A stretch of 64,000 nucleotides of DNA from a virus. Taxonomy: Duplodnaviria > Caudoviricetes. The notes beneath the pieces were generated by a model. The model had not been told where the DNA came from. It did not search any database and saw only the letters and a list, made by a program, of their open reading frames with translations. How positions within the stretch are numbered: the first letter of the stretch is position 1; each line of letters begins with the position of its first letter. Of this stretch, positions 17,497 to 26,514 are shown piece after piece. The DNA lies in the IMG/VR virus record IMGVR_UViG_3300021978_000001, positions 32,001-96,000 of that record; one strand, given 5' to 3'. Both the position numbers and the translations under genes were made by a program.

Positions 17497-17769
17497 ATGA
17501 CCTACCTCACCAAAGAAACGAAAGAAGCCATCTGCGACGCTGTAATGGAGACGGAGATCGCGAAAGAGAAGATGAAGACATACAGCTACCACACCCCCAA
17601 GGATACGCTCCTGGAGGTGACAGACGAGCCCGGGGATAACCCCTTGCTCCAGAAGCTCGAAGGGCTCGACGATGATGCATGGCTCTCGGTCCGAGACCAC
17701 CTTGAGAGCGTGATGTACCACGCCAACGAGTTCAACACCTGGCTCGCTCAGGGTCCAGAAGAGGCTTGA
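17497..17769 (+). CDS. Hypothetical acidic protein (90 aa)
   Basis: Own promoter, AAGGA RBS and terminator: a single-gene cassette. Confidence 0.75.
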   Translation: MTYLTKETKEAICDAVMETEIAKEKMKTYSYHTPKDTLLEVTDEPGDNPLLQKLEGLDDDAWLSVRDHLESVMYHANEFNTWLAQGPEEA

Positions 17770-17790
17770 GCCTCACTCGAAGCTGAACAC

Positions 17791-17827
17791 AAAAAAGCCC
17801 CCGGGGATCATCTCCTCGGGGGCTTTT
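17791..17827. terminator. Bidirectional rho-independent terminator
   Basis: AAAAAAGCCCCCG...CGGGGGCTTTT between convergent genes. Confidence 0.8.
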
Positions 17828-17843
17828 CTCTTGAAGCTGGCGC

Positions 17844-19568
17844 TCAGTTCAGGTCGATGTCATTGAACATCGTGTCGAGCTTGTTCGTGCCCTCGCCCGG
17901 GTCGCTATAACCCATGGCACCAAGCTCGACGATGCGGTCTGAGCTTGCGTACTTGGCACGTACACCTTCCTGGCGTGCGGGGTCGTAACCCACCCACCCA
18001 AGGATGGCGCGAATCTCCTCGTGCATCGTCTGCACGAGCGGGGGCTTGGTGCGCACGACCTCCTGGATAATCTCGGTCGTGAGCGTCTGGTCTTCGGTCA
18101 TGAACGCCTTGCGCATGGCATCCTTGAGCGCCTGTTCGATCTCGCGACCCGTCAGGTTGGCCGCCGTCTCTGCCAAAGCCTTGCAGTCGATGGCGTCCTT
18201 GTCTCCCATGGTCTCGCGGTGATACTTTCCGAGTTGGATGCTGAAGCAGCTCTCGCGCGCTTCCTGGTCAGGCAACCCGACGAAGTATTTCTCCTCGAAG
18301 CGGCTCACAAGCTCGGGCGGCAACGTCTGGATACCGTTCGCCGTGGCGATGACGAAGATGTCCTCGTCATGGTCCTCGAACCAGGAGAGGAACGTTCCGA
18401 TGACGCGCGCCGTGGTCCCGGAGTCGGAGAAGGAAGAGGACTGGATACCGGCCAACCCCTTCTCGATCTCGTCGATGAAGACGACCGCAGGGGCGCATGC
18501 TTCGATCTGACGCAAGGCACGCCTCATGTTCGCCTCACTGTCGCCCACACGGGACGAGAAGAGCGACGATGGGTCAAACTTGATGAACGTCACGCCCATC
18601 TCGTTGGCGAGCGCCTTGGCCGTCAGGGACTTCCCACAACCGGGGACACCGATCATCAGGAGACCTCGCGAGTTGGGCACGCCCCAGGCACGTCCTTCCG
18701 GGGTCCATGCTTGCTTGACCTCGTTAAGGCGCGCCTTGAGCAGGTCGAGCCCCGCGACGTTATCGAAGGTCAGATCCGTCTGCATCAAGTCGAGCAGCTC
18801 GGATTCCTCGATGATGCGGCGGTTCTCCGCGACCATCATCTCGGTGGTGACCTGCATCTTGGACTGCATGACCAGACGATGCAGCGTTTGCTTGAGCTGG
18901 TAGAGCGTCATCGAACGGCACGCGCGGATGAAAGCGTCAGGGATCTCCGCGTCGAGGTCACGTCCCGCAGGGAACGTAAACTTGCCCTCCTTGTCATGCT
19001 CGCGCAAGGTGACTTCCAGGCTTGTCAGGAAGTCACGAATCAAGCTATCCGAAGGATCATCGAAGTCCACCAGCTCGACGTATTCCGCCATGTCCGCAGG
19101 CACCTTACCCGTGCGGGTGAACAGGACGAGCGTGCGGTTCATCTGTGGGTGTTCGTTACTGGAGATCGCGAGGTTCTTGAGGCGGCGCCGGATCATCGGG
19201 TCGCCCAGGTAGTTGTCCGCGTCGAGCATCGCCACATACAGGTTGCGCCCGTGCTCCCCGTTGATGGTGGCGTAGATCTTCGTCAGGTACTTGTGGACGT
19301 TCATCGATTCACGGTCCTGGGGATGCGCGAGCTTCTGCATCTCATCGAGGTAGCTCCCCGAGTCCAGGATACCGAAAGCGGCGTTCCAGACGTGGAGAGA
19401 GTAGCCTGGAGAGGACTTGCTCTTCTTTCCCTTGGCGCGCTCTTCTGCGCGTTGGTTGACACGCGTGAAGGTTTCGTGCAGTTCTTTCAAGACGCGCTCT
19501 TCCTCGCGAGTCTTGAGCATGATAATGGGGTGCAGGCTGCGCACGTGCAGCAACAAATTGTCGTCCAT
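17844..19568 (-). CDS. AAA+ ATPase, Ycf46/SpoVK/Vps4-like
   Basis: GLLMIGVPGCGKSLTAKA, VVFIDEIEKG, FVIATAN, LPPELVSRFEEKYFVGLP, LTGREIEQ; degenerate N-terminal AAA-like domain as in Ycf46. Confidence 0.9.
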   Translation of the reverse strand: MDDNLLLHVRSLHPIIMLKTREEERVLKELHETFTRVNQRAEERAKGKKSKSSPGYSLHVWNAAFGILDSGSYLDEMQKLAHPQDRESMNVHKYLTKIYATINGEHGRNLYVAMLDADNYLGDPMIRRRLKNLAISSNEHPQMNRTLVLFTRTGKVPADMAEYVELVDFDDPSDSLIRDFLTSLEVTLREHDKEGKFTFPAGRDLDAEIPDAFIRACRSMTLYQLKQTLHRLVMQSKMQVTTEMMVAENRRIIEESELLDLMQTDLTFDNVAGLDLLKARLNEVKQAWTPEGRAWGVPNSRGLLMIGVPGCGKSLTAKALANEMGVTFIKFDPSSLFSSRVGDSEANMRRALRQIEACAPAVVFIDEIEKGLAGIQSSSFSDSGTTARVIGTFLSWFEDHDEDIFVIATANGIQTLPPELVSRFEEKYFVGLPDQEARESCFSIQLGKYHRETMGDKDAIDCKALAETAANLTGREIEQALKDAMRKAFMTEDQTLTTEIIQEVVRTKPPLVQTMHEEIRAILGWVGYDPARQEGVRAKYASSDRIVELGAMGYSDPGEGTNKLDTMFNDIDLN

Positions 19569-19631
19569 GTCGTCGTCCTCTTGTTTTAACTTCCAGGTAG
19601 TCGATACGTTCAGGTGCTAAGGTTCAGATGC

Positions 19632-20156
19632 TCAGGAATCCACGTCCGTGCGGTCCCAGTGCTCCATCGAGTTCTCGATGTAGTACACGCGGTTCACAGG
19701 TACAGGGACCTGGACCGTGGTGGAGTCGTCATAGTCTCCCGTCACGAAGCCTCCCTCATGGTCCTGCGCGATTTGATTGAGGGTCTCACACTTGGGGCAC
19801 ACACACTGCCACACGTTCTTGCTGGCGAGCGAGTGCTTGCTCCAGGGCTTGACGAAACCCTCGACCACCTCTCCCTCGTGAGGAGAGAACGCGATCTCCA
19901 GGGGGATACCCGTAGACATCCCGAGGCGCATCGCATATTGCGGGTCGATCAGGTAGAGGATGGGCTCACTACACCCTTCACCCTTGCAAGGGATCTTGTA
20001 GCACGTGTAGGTCGCGTGCGTGTAGCGCTCCTCTTTGATTTTCAACTCCGTGGGTCCCATGCTCGCACCAGCGGTGGTTTGCGTGGTTGCCTGCTGCACC
20101 TCTTCACTGATATTTGCGAAGTCATCCTCTTCAAACAGGCTCTCGAAATCCGGCAT
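19632..20156 (-). CDS. Zn-ribbon protein with acidic N-terminus
   Basis: PCKGEGC and CVCPKCET; sigma70-like promoter at 20231-20260. Confidence 0.7.
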   Translation of the reverse strand: MPDFESLFEEDDFANISEEVQQATTQTTAGASMGPTELKIKEERYTHATYTCYKIPCKGEGCSEPILYLIDPQYAMRLGMSTGIPLEIAFSPHEGEVVEGFVKPWSKHSLASKNVWQCVCPKCETLNQIAQDHEGGFVTGDYDDSTTVQVPVPVNRVYYIENSMEHWDRTDVDS

Positions 20157-20230
20157 ATATCACCTCGGTCATAGGGTGGGTGAGAGGCTCGACCTTGCAA
20201 GACTCTCGGTTGACTTGACTGTCATTTGCG

Positions 20231-20260
20231 AAGGTACCACAAGGCTTGACGGGTCGTCAA
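20231..20260 (-). promoter_or_regulatory. Sigma70-like promoter
   Basis: TTGACG-N18 (ending TTGTGG)-TACCTT. Confidence 0.55.
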
Positions 20261-20326
20261 CTCTTTCCTTTCTCCTTGCGCATCTTTTTTTGCTTCATGG
20301 TCGCGCATTGGTTTTACCCTACACCA

Positions 20327-20380
20327 AAAGAAGAACCCCTGGTAGGGGGTATCCTACCAGGGGTTCTTTTAGCGGGCGGT
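20327..20380. terminator. Rho-independent terminator
   Basis: AAGAACCCCTGGTAGG-loop-CCTACCAGGGGTTCTT, a long perfect stem with A/T tracts, just after the 20389 stop. Confidence 0.85.
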
Positions 20381-20388
20381 GGGCGCTA

Positions 20389-20826
20389 TCAGTAGGTCGC
20401 GCCGCCGTAGAAGGGCTTGACCGAGCGGATCACGATGTCACCGTTCTCCAGGTCACCCGTGAAGCCCTCGACGAAGGGCATGGAATCCGAGATGACCATC
20501 TCTTCGAGGATCTGATCTCCATCGAGTTCCATGTTCTGCTTGAAGAGGCACTTCGAGTACGCCTGACGGAGAGGACCATCCACGAACTGCTTGGCGCGCT
20601 GACAATCCTCATCGAAGGATGCCTTATCGTTGGCGCAGTCGATGGTGACGCCCGTGTAGCGGAAGTTGTAAACCTCCCCTTCGGCGTCGTGATAATCGAC
20701 CTTGCCCGCGCTCACCTTGAAGTAGTTCTCCTTGGTGCGCTCGAAGCGAGCATCGAGTTCCTTGAGAGCCTCTTCCACCGCATCGGCGTTCTTGAGGCTC
20801 ACTGCGATCGTGATTTTGCGAGACAT
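20389..20826 (-). CDS. DUF1257 / Ycf35-like protein
   Basis: MSRKITIAVSLKNADAVEEALKEL at the N-terminus and LRQAYS...DGDQILEE...GDIVIR at the C-terminus fit the recalled Ycf35 pattern; neighbour of a Ycf46-like ATPase. Confidence 0.6.
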   Translation of the reverse strand: MSRKITIAVSLKNADAVEEALKELDARFERTKENYFKVSAGKVDYHDAEGEVYNFRYTGVTIDCANDKASFDEDCQRAKQFVDGPLRQAYSKCLFKQNMELDGDQILEEMVISDSMPFVEGFTGDLENGDIVIRSVKPFYGGATY

Positions 20827-21017
20827 GTTGTGCTCCTGTCTTGACTACCACCCCTGAATCACTGGTCTACAGTCTCAGGTCAGGGAGTGGCATGGTGTCT
20901 GTGTGGTGTAACCTTACACAGTTGTAAGGGATTCCATCCCTTGGCTCTTTACTCTAACATATGCGGGCGCGGACTTAAACGCTAATCTGTGCTTCGTTCA
21001 GCGTTTCGTTCAGCGTA

Positions 21018-21233
21018 TCAGGACGACGTATCCACAAAGGCGGTGTCGTGGACAGGCGGGCAGTCCCCATCAGGGATGTCCTCGTCTGCCGTAATCTCAC
21101 CCATGCGACGCGCGGTCACATAGATCTCCTGGCAGAGATGCTGTCCACGGTTGACCACCTGTTGCTGGATCTCGCCGTTGCGCTTGATAACGGTGATGTA
21201 CTCCATCCCGTTCTGTTGTGCGTCACTCATCAT
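21018..21233 (-). CDS. DUF2997-like small protein
   Basis: ITVIKRNGEIQQQVVNRGQHLCQEI...RRMGEI fits the recalled DUF2997 pattern (IxxDGxV...GxxC...LG); synteny with DUF1257 and the AAA ATPase. Confidence 0.55.
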   Translation of the reverse strand: MMSDAQQNGMEYITVIKRNGEIQQQVVNRGQHLCQEIYVTARRMGEITADEDIPDGDCPPVHDTAFVDTSS

Positions 21234-21327
21234 TGAACTCCTTTGACTGCTCGTGTGACTGATTCGGTCGTTTCACATCGCGACTTCGCGACGACAAGAG
21301 GGAAGTTACCCTAACAAACCTATCGGG

Positions 21328-22170
21328 TCAAGTGTCTTTCCGTTTTTTTGTGCCCCCGAGCTTCACCTTCAAGGTCGAGCGCCCTTTTTCCTTACGCTGT
21401 GCGGCCTCTTCCGGGCTCGTGGGTACTGCCCAGGGATCGTTAGCTACGACTTTCGCGTTGCCTGTTGTCCTGGGCTGTGCGTTCGCTGCGGGAGGGGCAC
21501 CTGGCAACATGATCCCGCCCTCGGGCATCGGCGTGTTGTATGTCATCTGCTTGCGTGCAGGGCGCTCTTGTGGCTCAGGACGTGGCTCAGGACGTGGCTC
21601 AGGTTCGGGCTTGGGCACAGGAGTTACGGTGGCAGGTTCAGCTTTCTGGACGCGCGTCGAATCCTCTACTGCCTGCACAGTCTCCCAGGGGAGATTGTTA
21701 TTATGAATCACCCTGCGTCCCGGAGTGCTTTGGACTGTATTGGACCCGGAATCGTCCTCGGTAGTAGTTCCCGTGCCCGTCGTGTCAGTCTCGGAAGGCT
21801 CTTCGGGGTCTGGTGCGCTCACAAGGTACGAGGGCTGACGCGCACCCTGGAAGCTCTCCCAATTTTGGACCCTGACCTTCTGTTGCGCAAAGCTCTCGAA
21901 CTCCTGCGAGGCGTGCTCACTGTAGCGAGGGTCATCTGTTGGCAGGAAGATAGGGCTTTTCAACCCTTGCTCCTGACGTCGCATACGATGAGCCCAGGTC
22001 AAGCCGTGGTAAGAAGAACGATGACACTCAGGGCGCAAGCATCTCGAACAGAAGGCTTGCATGAACTGCTCGATCGTGGCTTCGACGCCCACATCAGCGC
22101 GGCACTCTTCCACGTAATCAACCAGCCCGCCATTCAAGGCTGCGTCCTGTATGTTCTTCTTTCGGTTCAT
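21328..22170 (-). CDS. Hypothetical protein with Cys cluster and Pro/Glu-rich disordered tail
   Basis: FCSRCLRPECHRS; PKPEPEPRPEPRPEPQ; start may be 22170 or 22191. Confidence 0.7.
   Translation of the reverse strand: MNRKKNIQDAALNGGLVDYVEECRADVGVEATIEQFMQAFCSRCLRPECHRSSYHGLTWAHRMRRQEQGLKSPIFLPTDDPRYSEHASQEFESFAQQKVRVQNWESFQGARQPSYLVSAPDPEEPSETDTTGTGTTTEDDSGSNTVQSTPGRRVIHNNNLPWETVQAVEDSTRVQKAEPATVTPVPKPEPEPRPEPRPEPQERPARKQMTYNTPMPEGGIMLPGAPPAANAQPRTTGNAKVVANDPWAVPTSPEEAAQRKEKGRSTLKVKLGGTKKRKDT
21571..21603. repeat. In-frame 12-bp tandem repeat (about 3 copies)
   Basis: TGGCTCAGGACG x2 plus TGGCTCAGG; encodes PEPR repeats on the minus strand. Confidence 0.85.
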
Positions 22171-22206
22171 CACTCTTCCTGGTAAAGACACGTCTCTAAG
22201 CCCCAG

Positions 22207-22221
22207 TATACAAACACATTA
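22207..22221 (-). promoter_or_regulatory. Late-promoter-like variant
   Basis: Minus strand TAATGTGTTTGTATA (TAAT-N3-TTTGTA). Confidence 0.4.
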
Positions 22222-22234
22222 CATAGATACGCGC

Positions 22235-25200
22235 TCAAGACAGAGTGGTCAGCTCGCCGCGAATCCCGAGGTATGCGGTCAGAATGCGCAAGGCTTCGGG
22301 GTTCACCGACCAGCCCACCTCCTGTGTCAAGAGCGGTTTCCCGTCCCAGGATTCCAGACGCAAGGTGTGGGTCGCGTTATCCTGGTCGAGACAAAAATCA
22401 CAGATCGAACGCATCTGGCGCACCACTTGAAACTCCCCGTCTTCATCGAGAGGAGCGAGCGCGCTCCCCATCAAGCGGAAGGTAGCAATGGGTCCACCCT
22501 TGTACTGGCGTTGGCTTTTCTTGTTCTTGTACGTCATGTAAGCAGCTCCGTAAATCTCGTCTTCAGACAACTCTTCGGGTTCCTCTTCGGGCTCCTCGGT
22601 TACCTCGTCTCCCTGTAGGGGTACAGGCATGACCTCTTCCCCGTTTTCGACATACCACATGCCGGGCTCGAAGTCGATATAACGCCACAACAGTTGAGGT
22701 ACAGGCTCGGGGGCCTTGACCTTGGGGTTGTACGGGTGAAACTCCGACCAGTTGTAGATGACATCGAACGTGGGTCCAAGCTCCACATCACAACGCAAGG
22801 GCACAGGCCACTTGAGCATACGACCCAGCTCGGTCATCTGCTCCACAATCACAGGGACCAGGGTATCGAGCTTGTCCTTGCGAATCTCGAACACAAGCTC
22901 ATCGTGGATGCAGATCATCAGGCGACAGTCATCGAGCATGTCGTTGGCTTTGAGCCAGTCATGCACGCGCCACATGGCAAACTTGGTGAGGTCTCCCGTC
23001 GCAGACCCCTGGATGATCCCGTTGACGGCGTTGCGCTCTGCTTTGGCTTGTGCCCAACTCTCGTGGTTGTCGATGTCAGGCAAGCGCAAGCGACGTCCGA
23101 TCGCCGTGGACACCTGCTTGTTGCGCTTGCACTCTTGGTGGATGCTCTTGATCCAATCGCGTAGCTTTGGGAGCCCGTCGAGCATCTTGTCCTTGATCTG
23201 TGCACCTTCCTCTCGTGTCACCCCGGTCGCACGCGCCACAGCAGACCCCCCACCACCGTACAAGACGGAGAAGTTCGCGCCCTTGGCGTTCTGCCTGTAG
23301 AGCTTGAAGTCGGGCTTCTGGAGCACGTTGTCGCCATACACGATCTGTGTGGTCAACGTGTGCAAATCTCCAATCTTATCGGAGCCACACTGAGGGCACA
23401 ACGCGGGCGGCGCCTTGACAGGCGTACTATGGCGCTCCTCGTTGAACTCATGGTTGCAAGAGGAGCAACGGAAAAACTCGTTGACCCAACGTGGTTCGCC
23501 TGACAGGTTCGCGGCAAGGCGAAGCTCGACCCCCGATTGGTCAATCGCGCTAATGACGAAGCCTTCCCTGGCACGAATCGCGGGACGCACCGAGGATTCC
23601 AGACTCAGGATTTTGGTATTAGCACACGCAGGTTGGCCGGGCTCGGGAATCGTGGGCTCCTGGTCACGTTCGCATTGATGCTCGAACGGGCACCCTTCAC
23701 AGCTCTTCGCGACACAGCGCTCTTCATTTTTGAGCGGGTCGAAGACGAAGTGATTGTCATAAAGACGAATGAGGAAGTCATCCTTCCCCTTGACGCGCTC
23801 GAAGGTCTCGAACAACTCCGCATCCGCGCGGCCAGGACCCTCGGGTCTCGACAGCACGCGCCTCGAAGCAAACTTGCCTCGGTTGTAGCACGCAGGCATC
23901 GACTGCACGTTCAAGCCCGAGTACCCGTGATCTACGTTCCCCTTGGATGCAGCGAAGCGCCCGGTATCCACGCGGAAGGGGCGAAAATCAAAACGCGTGG
24001 TCGAGTCTTGCAAAACATGGGACGGGTTGCGCGGGAGGTGCTCATCCTGAAACCCGTCCGTGTTCTCTTGCAAGGGACGTAGATAGGTTCCTTCGACCTT
24101 CTGCAAGCGTCGGAAGGTACGAATCAGCTTCAAGAAGGGGAAGTGCTCTCCCACCTTATCACACAGGGCTTCGATGACATCATCACTGGTCTGGACCTGA
24201 TTGCTACTTTCGGTACGCTGGAGCGTGACCTTGAGCAGCCCGTGCCGCTGCAAGAAGTCGAGCCCCTTCCCAATTTCGATCGGTTTCCCGACCATGGCGG
24301 GAGTGAAGGGATACCCGAAGCTCGTAAAACCCTCTGCGATCTCTTCCGTGATCTCCTGTGTGTATAGCGCGACTTCGCGGCGCACGCGCGTCAGGTATGG
24401 GAGGTCGATGTAGGGGCGGTTGCGCTCCATCCAACGTGTCGCGGGCACACACGCTTTCTCCAGGTGGTATACACCTGCTTGCTCTTCCAGGACGCTCTTG
24501 GGAGTGCCGGGGCCGCAGGGTTCGAGGTCCACGACACGCTGTTGCATCCCCTGACGGTCAGGGCGACCGAACTCATCGGTGGGCCAGATCAGGCGAGGCA
24601 CCGCATAATGGGATGCGAAAACCCTGAAGAGTTCATACGTGCAGATGCCGTCTGCGCCTGCGTACCACAACGTCGCGGCGTCGCTCGGGTCGAGGATCGA
24701 GAAGTCATAGTCCTTGATCTTCTCATCAAACAGCTCGGAGATCTCGATCATCTCCTTGTCGAGCAGCACCTTCGAGAGATGCTTCAAGCCGTGGCGCTTG
24801 CCCGCCGAATCCTTCATGTAGCTCAGAATAAGGGTGTCCTCGAAGCTCTTTGGCCCTCCCAGCGTGATCCCCTCTCCCTCCAAAAACTCGTGATCGAATT
24901 TCGAGTTGTGATAGATGCAGATGCACTCGGAGACCAGGCGTTGGATATGACGCTTGGCGATCTCTGGGTCGAGGTTATGCGCCGCACCTTGCTTGGTGTG
25001 CCGTACAGGTACATACACGCCTTCTTTGGTGCCGTGGCTCATACAGTAGCCCACAATACGATCGACCGTGGTCCCCTGGGGAGTGCGGCGAGCATCGAGA
25101 CCCGTGGTTTCGAGGTCGAGCGCGCAATGGCCCGCTTCGATCGCACGATCCACGTAAGCGGCGAGCGCTTCTTCTGTGTTGATCATGGTAAACGTGTAGT

Positions 25201-25279
25201 CGTGCATCCACTCTTTCGGGTGGACCTCGATCACTTCACGCAAACCAAAGAACTGGTCCAAGCTGATTTCTTCTGACAT
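22235..25279 (-). CDS. polA: Family A DNA polymerase (3'-5' exonuclease plus polymerase) with Cys-rich insertions
   Basis: ExoI LDLETTG, ExoII HNSKFD, ExoIII YAGAD; motif A IDQSGVELR, motif B RQNAKGANFSVLYG, motif C HDELVFE; start reassigned to 25279. Confidence 0.93.
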   Translation of the reverse strand: MSEEISLDQFFGLREVIEVHPKEWMHDYTFTMINTEEALAAYVDRAIEAGHCALDLETTGLDARRTPQGTTVDRIVGYCMSHGTKEGVYVPVRHTKQGAAHNLDPEIAKRHIQRLVSECICIYHNSKFDHEFLEGEGITLGGPKSFEDTLILSYMKDSAGKRHGLKHLSKVLLDKEMIEISELFDEKIKDYDFSILDPSDAATLWYAGADGICTYELFRVFASHYAVPRLIWPTDEFGRPDRQGMQQRVVDLEPCGPGTPKSVLEEQAGVYHLEKACVPATRWMERNRPYIDLPYLTRVRREVALYTQEITEEIAEGFTSFGYPFTPAMVGKPIEIGKGLDFLQRHGLLKVTLQRTESSNQVQTSDDVIEALCDKVGEHFPFLKLIRTFRRLQKVEGTYLRPLQENTDGFQDEHLPRNPSHVLQDSTTRFDFRPFRVDTGRFAASKGNVDHGYSGLNVQSMPACYNRGKFASRRVLSRPEGPGRADAELFETFERVKGKDDFLIRLYDNHFVFDPLKNEERCVAKSCEGCPFEHQCERDQEPTIPEPGQPACANTKILSLESSVRPAIRAREGFVISAIDQSGVELRLAANLSGEPRWVNEFFRCSSCNHEFNEERHSTPVKAPPALCPQCGSDKIGDLHTLTTQIVYGDNVLQKPDFKLYRQNAKGANFSVLYGGGGSAVARATGVTREEGAQIKDKMLDGLPKLRDWIKSIHQECKRNKQVSTAIGRRLRLPDIDNHESWAQAKAERNAVNGIIQGSATGDLTKFAMWRVHDWLKANDMLDDCRLMICIHDELVFEIRKDKLDTLVPVIVEQMTELGRMLKWPVPLRCDVELGPTFDVIYNWSEFHPYNPKVKAPEPVPQLLWRYIDFEPGMWYVENGEEVMPVPLQGDEVTEEPEEEPEELSEDEIYGAAYMTYKNKKSQRQYKGGPIATFRLMGSALAPLDEDGEFQVVRQMRSICDFCLDQDNATHTLRLESWDGKPLLTQEVGWSVNPEALRILTAYLGIRGELTTLS

Positions 25280-25287
25280 ATCTTCTC

Positions 25288-25836
25288 TCAGGGGTTGTTC
25301 TGAGCTACGTTCTGCGTCAACAGATAACTCTCGGGTTCGATGCGCACGACATAGGAGTCCATGCGCCATAGGTCCAGGATACGGTTTGCCTTGACGAGCG
25401 CCATGGGCTCGGTCTGGATGTTCAGGTCATAACAAGGAGGCTGCTTGCTACTCATGGCCTGGCATCGTCTCGGGTTCCAGCTCGGGCACCTCTCGCGATG
25501 CAAACAGGGACTCAAGCTCGCGTGCAACTTGCGCAAGCACCCCGAGGGGTCGAGCACTTCATGTGAGAGCATGGGTTGCGCATCCCCCTGTCGTAATTGC
25601 TGGCCAACATGCCAGGGGATTACACCGATCAGATCCACGAGCGCGCTCACTCCTCCTACCTCCGCGTGCTCTCGCTTTTTGGCATGTGGCACACGTCGGA
25701 GTGCTTCCTGTTCTGTGAGGTGCGCTTGCCTCAACACCTCCCATTCAGGTTCCCAGGAACCATCAGGCAAGATCACAAAGGTGAAGACCGTGATCTCCCC
25801 CTTGCTCGGATGTTTGGTCACGTACATGCTTGACAT
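25288..25836 (-). CDS. Hypothetical Cys-containing protein (182 aa)
   Basis: In-operon ORF between the primase Zn domain and polA. Confidence 0.6.
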   Translation of the reverse strand: MSSMYVTKHPSKGEITVFTFVILPDGSWEPEWEVLRQAHLTEQEALRRVPHAKKREHAEVGGVSALVDLIGVIPWHVGQQLRQGDAQPMLSHEVLDPSGCLRKLHASLSPCLHRERCPSWNPRRCQAMSSKQPPCYDLNIQTEPMALVKANRILDLWRMDSYVVRIEPESYLLTQNVAQNNP

Positions 25837-25872
25837 GGTAACTCTACGTTGAAGGTGATTACAAGGCGCGGA

Positions 25873-26514
25873 TTACAAGGCGCGCGCCACGGACCAGATC
25901 TTTCCCACGAGCATCTTGGTTTGTTCCGGGGTAAGCTCTCCCTCTTTCCACCCGAACACCGCCGTATCCAGCGTGTAGAAGAGCTTGAGCACCTGTGCCA
26001 TATCCAGCTCCTCATGGCGCGCTGCGATGGTCCGCCGCAGGGACGCCTCGACCGCTTCGATTGCACCCTTGAGCTGTTCCTCCTTGAGCTGTTCCGTGGC
26101 AGGAGAAGGCTTATCCAGGCTCGGGGGAGGTTCTGCCTTGTCTGGATCGTAGGAGAAGTGTGCTTTGGGGACGTTGGAGACATGGAACGTGCGTTCAATA
26201 TAGGAGAGCGCCTTCCCGAATGAGAGCGCCTCCTTGTCCTGTACCCAACGAATGCAATCCCTGGACTTGTGGCAGGCGAAGCAATACGTGCCCCCAGACC
26301 CATTGTCATTATCCGGGTACATGCGCGCTGAATACGAGTTATCCTGCCCGTCTCCATGCAATGGACAGGGATACTGAAACTCCCTGTCTACCGTCCTGAC
26401 ATCAATGCCATAATGCGAGAGCACGTCGGCTACCGTGACCTGTGTCTTGATGTTGGCGACGCGGCGGTCCAGGTATTCCTTGACTGCTGGATTCATCTCT
26501 CCCTGGATGGCCAT
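25873..26514 (-). CDS. Stand-alone DnaG-type CHC2 zinc-binding domain protein
   Basis: YPCPLHGDGQDNSYS...TYCFACHKSRDCIRWVQDKEALSFGKALSYI; no Toprim domain in the ORF. Confidence 0.85.
   Translation of the reverse strand: MAIQGEMNPAVKEYLDRRVANIKTQVTVADVLSHYGIDVRTVDREFQYPCPLHGDGQDNSYSARMYPDNDNGSGGTYCFACHKSRDCIRWVQDKEALSFGKALSYIERTFHVSNVPKAHFSYDPDKAEPPPSLDKPSPATEQLKEEQLKGAIEAVEASLRRTIAARHEELDMAQVLKLFYTLDTAVFGWKEGELTPEQTKMLVGKIWSVARAL

Noticed and set aside
15447-21017. tRNA or other recognisable structured RNA genes in the larger intergenic gaps (15447-15637, 20160-20388, 20827-21017)
   Set aside because: No cloverleaf, T-loop (GTTCRA) or CCA pattern seen; the gaps are explained by promoters, leaders and terminators.
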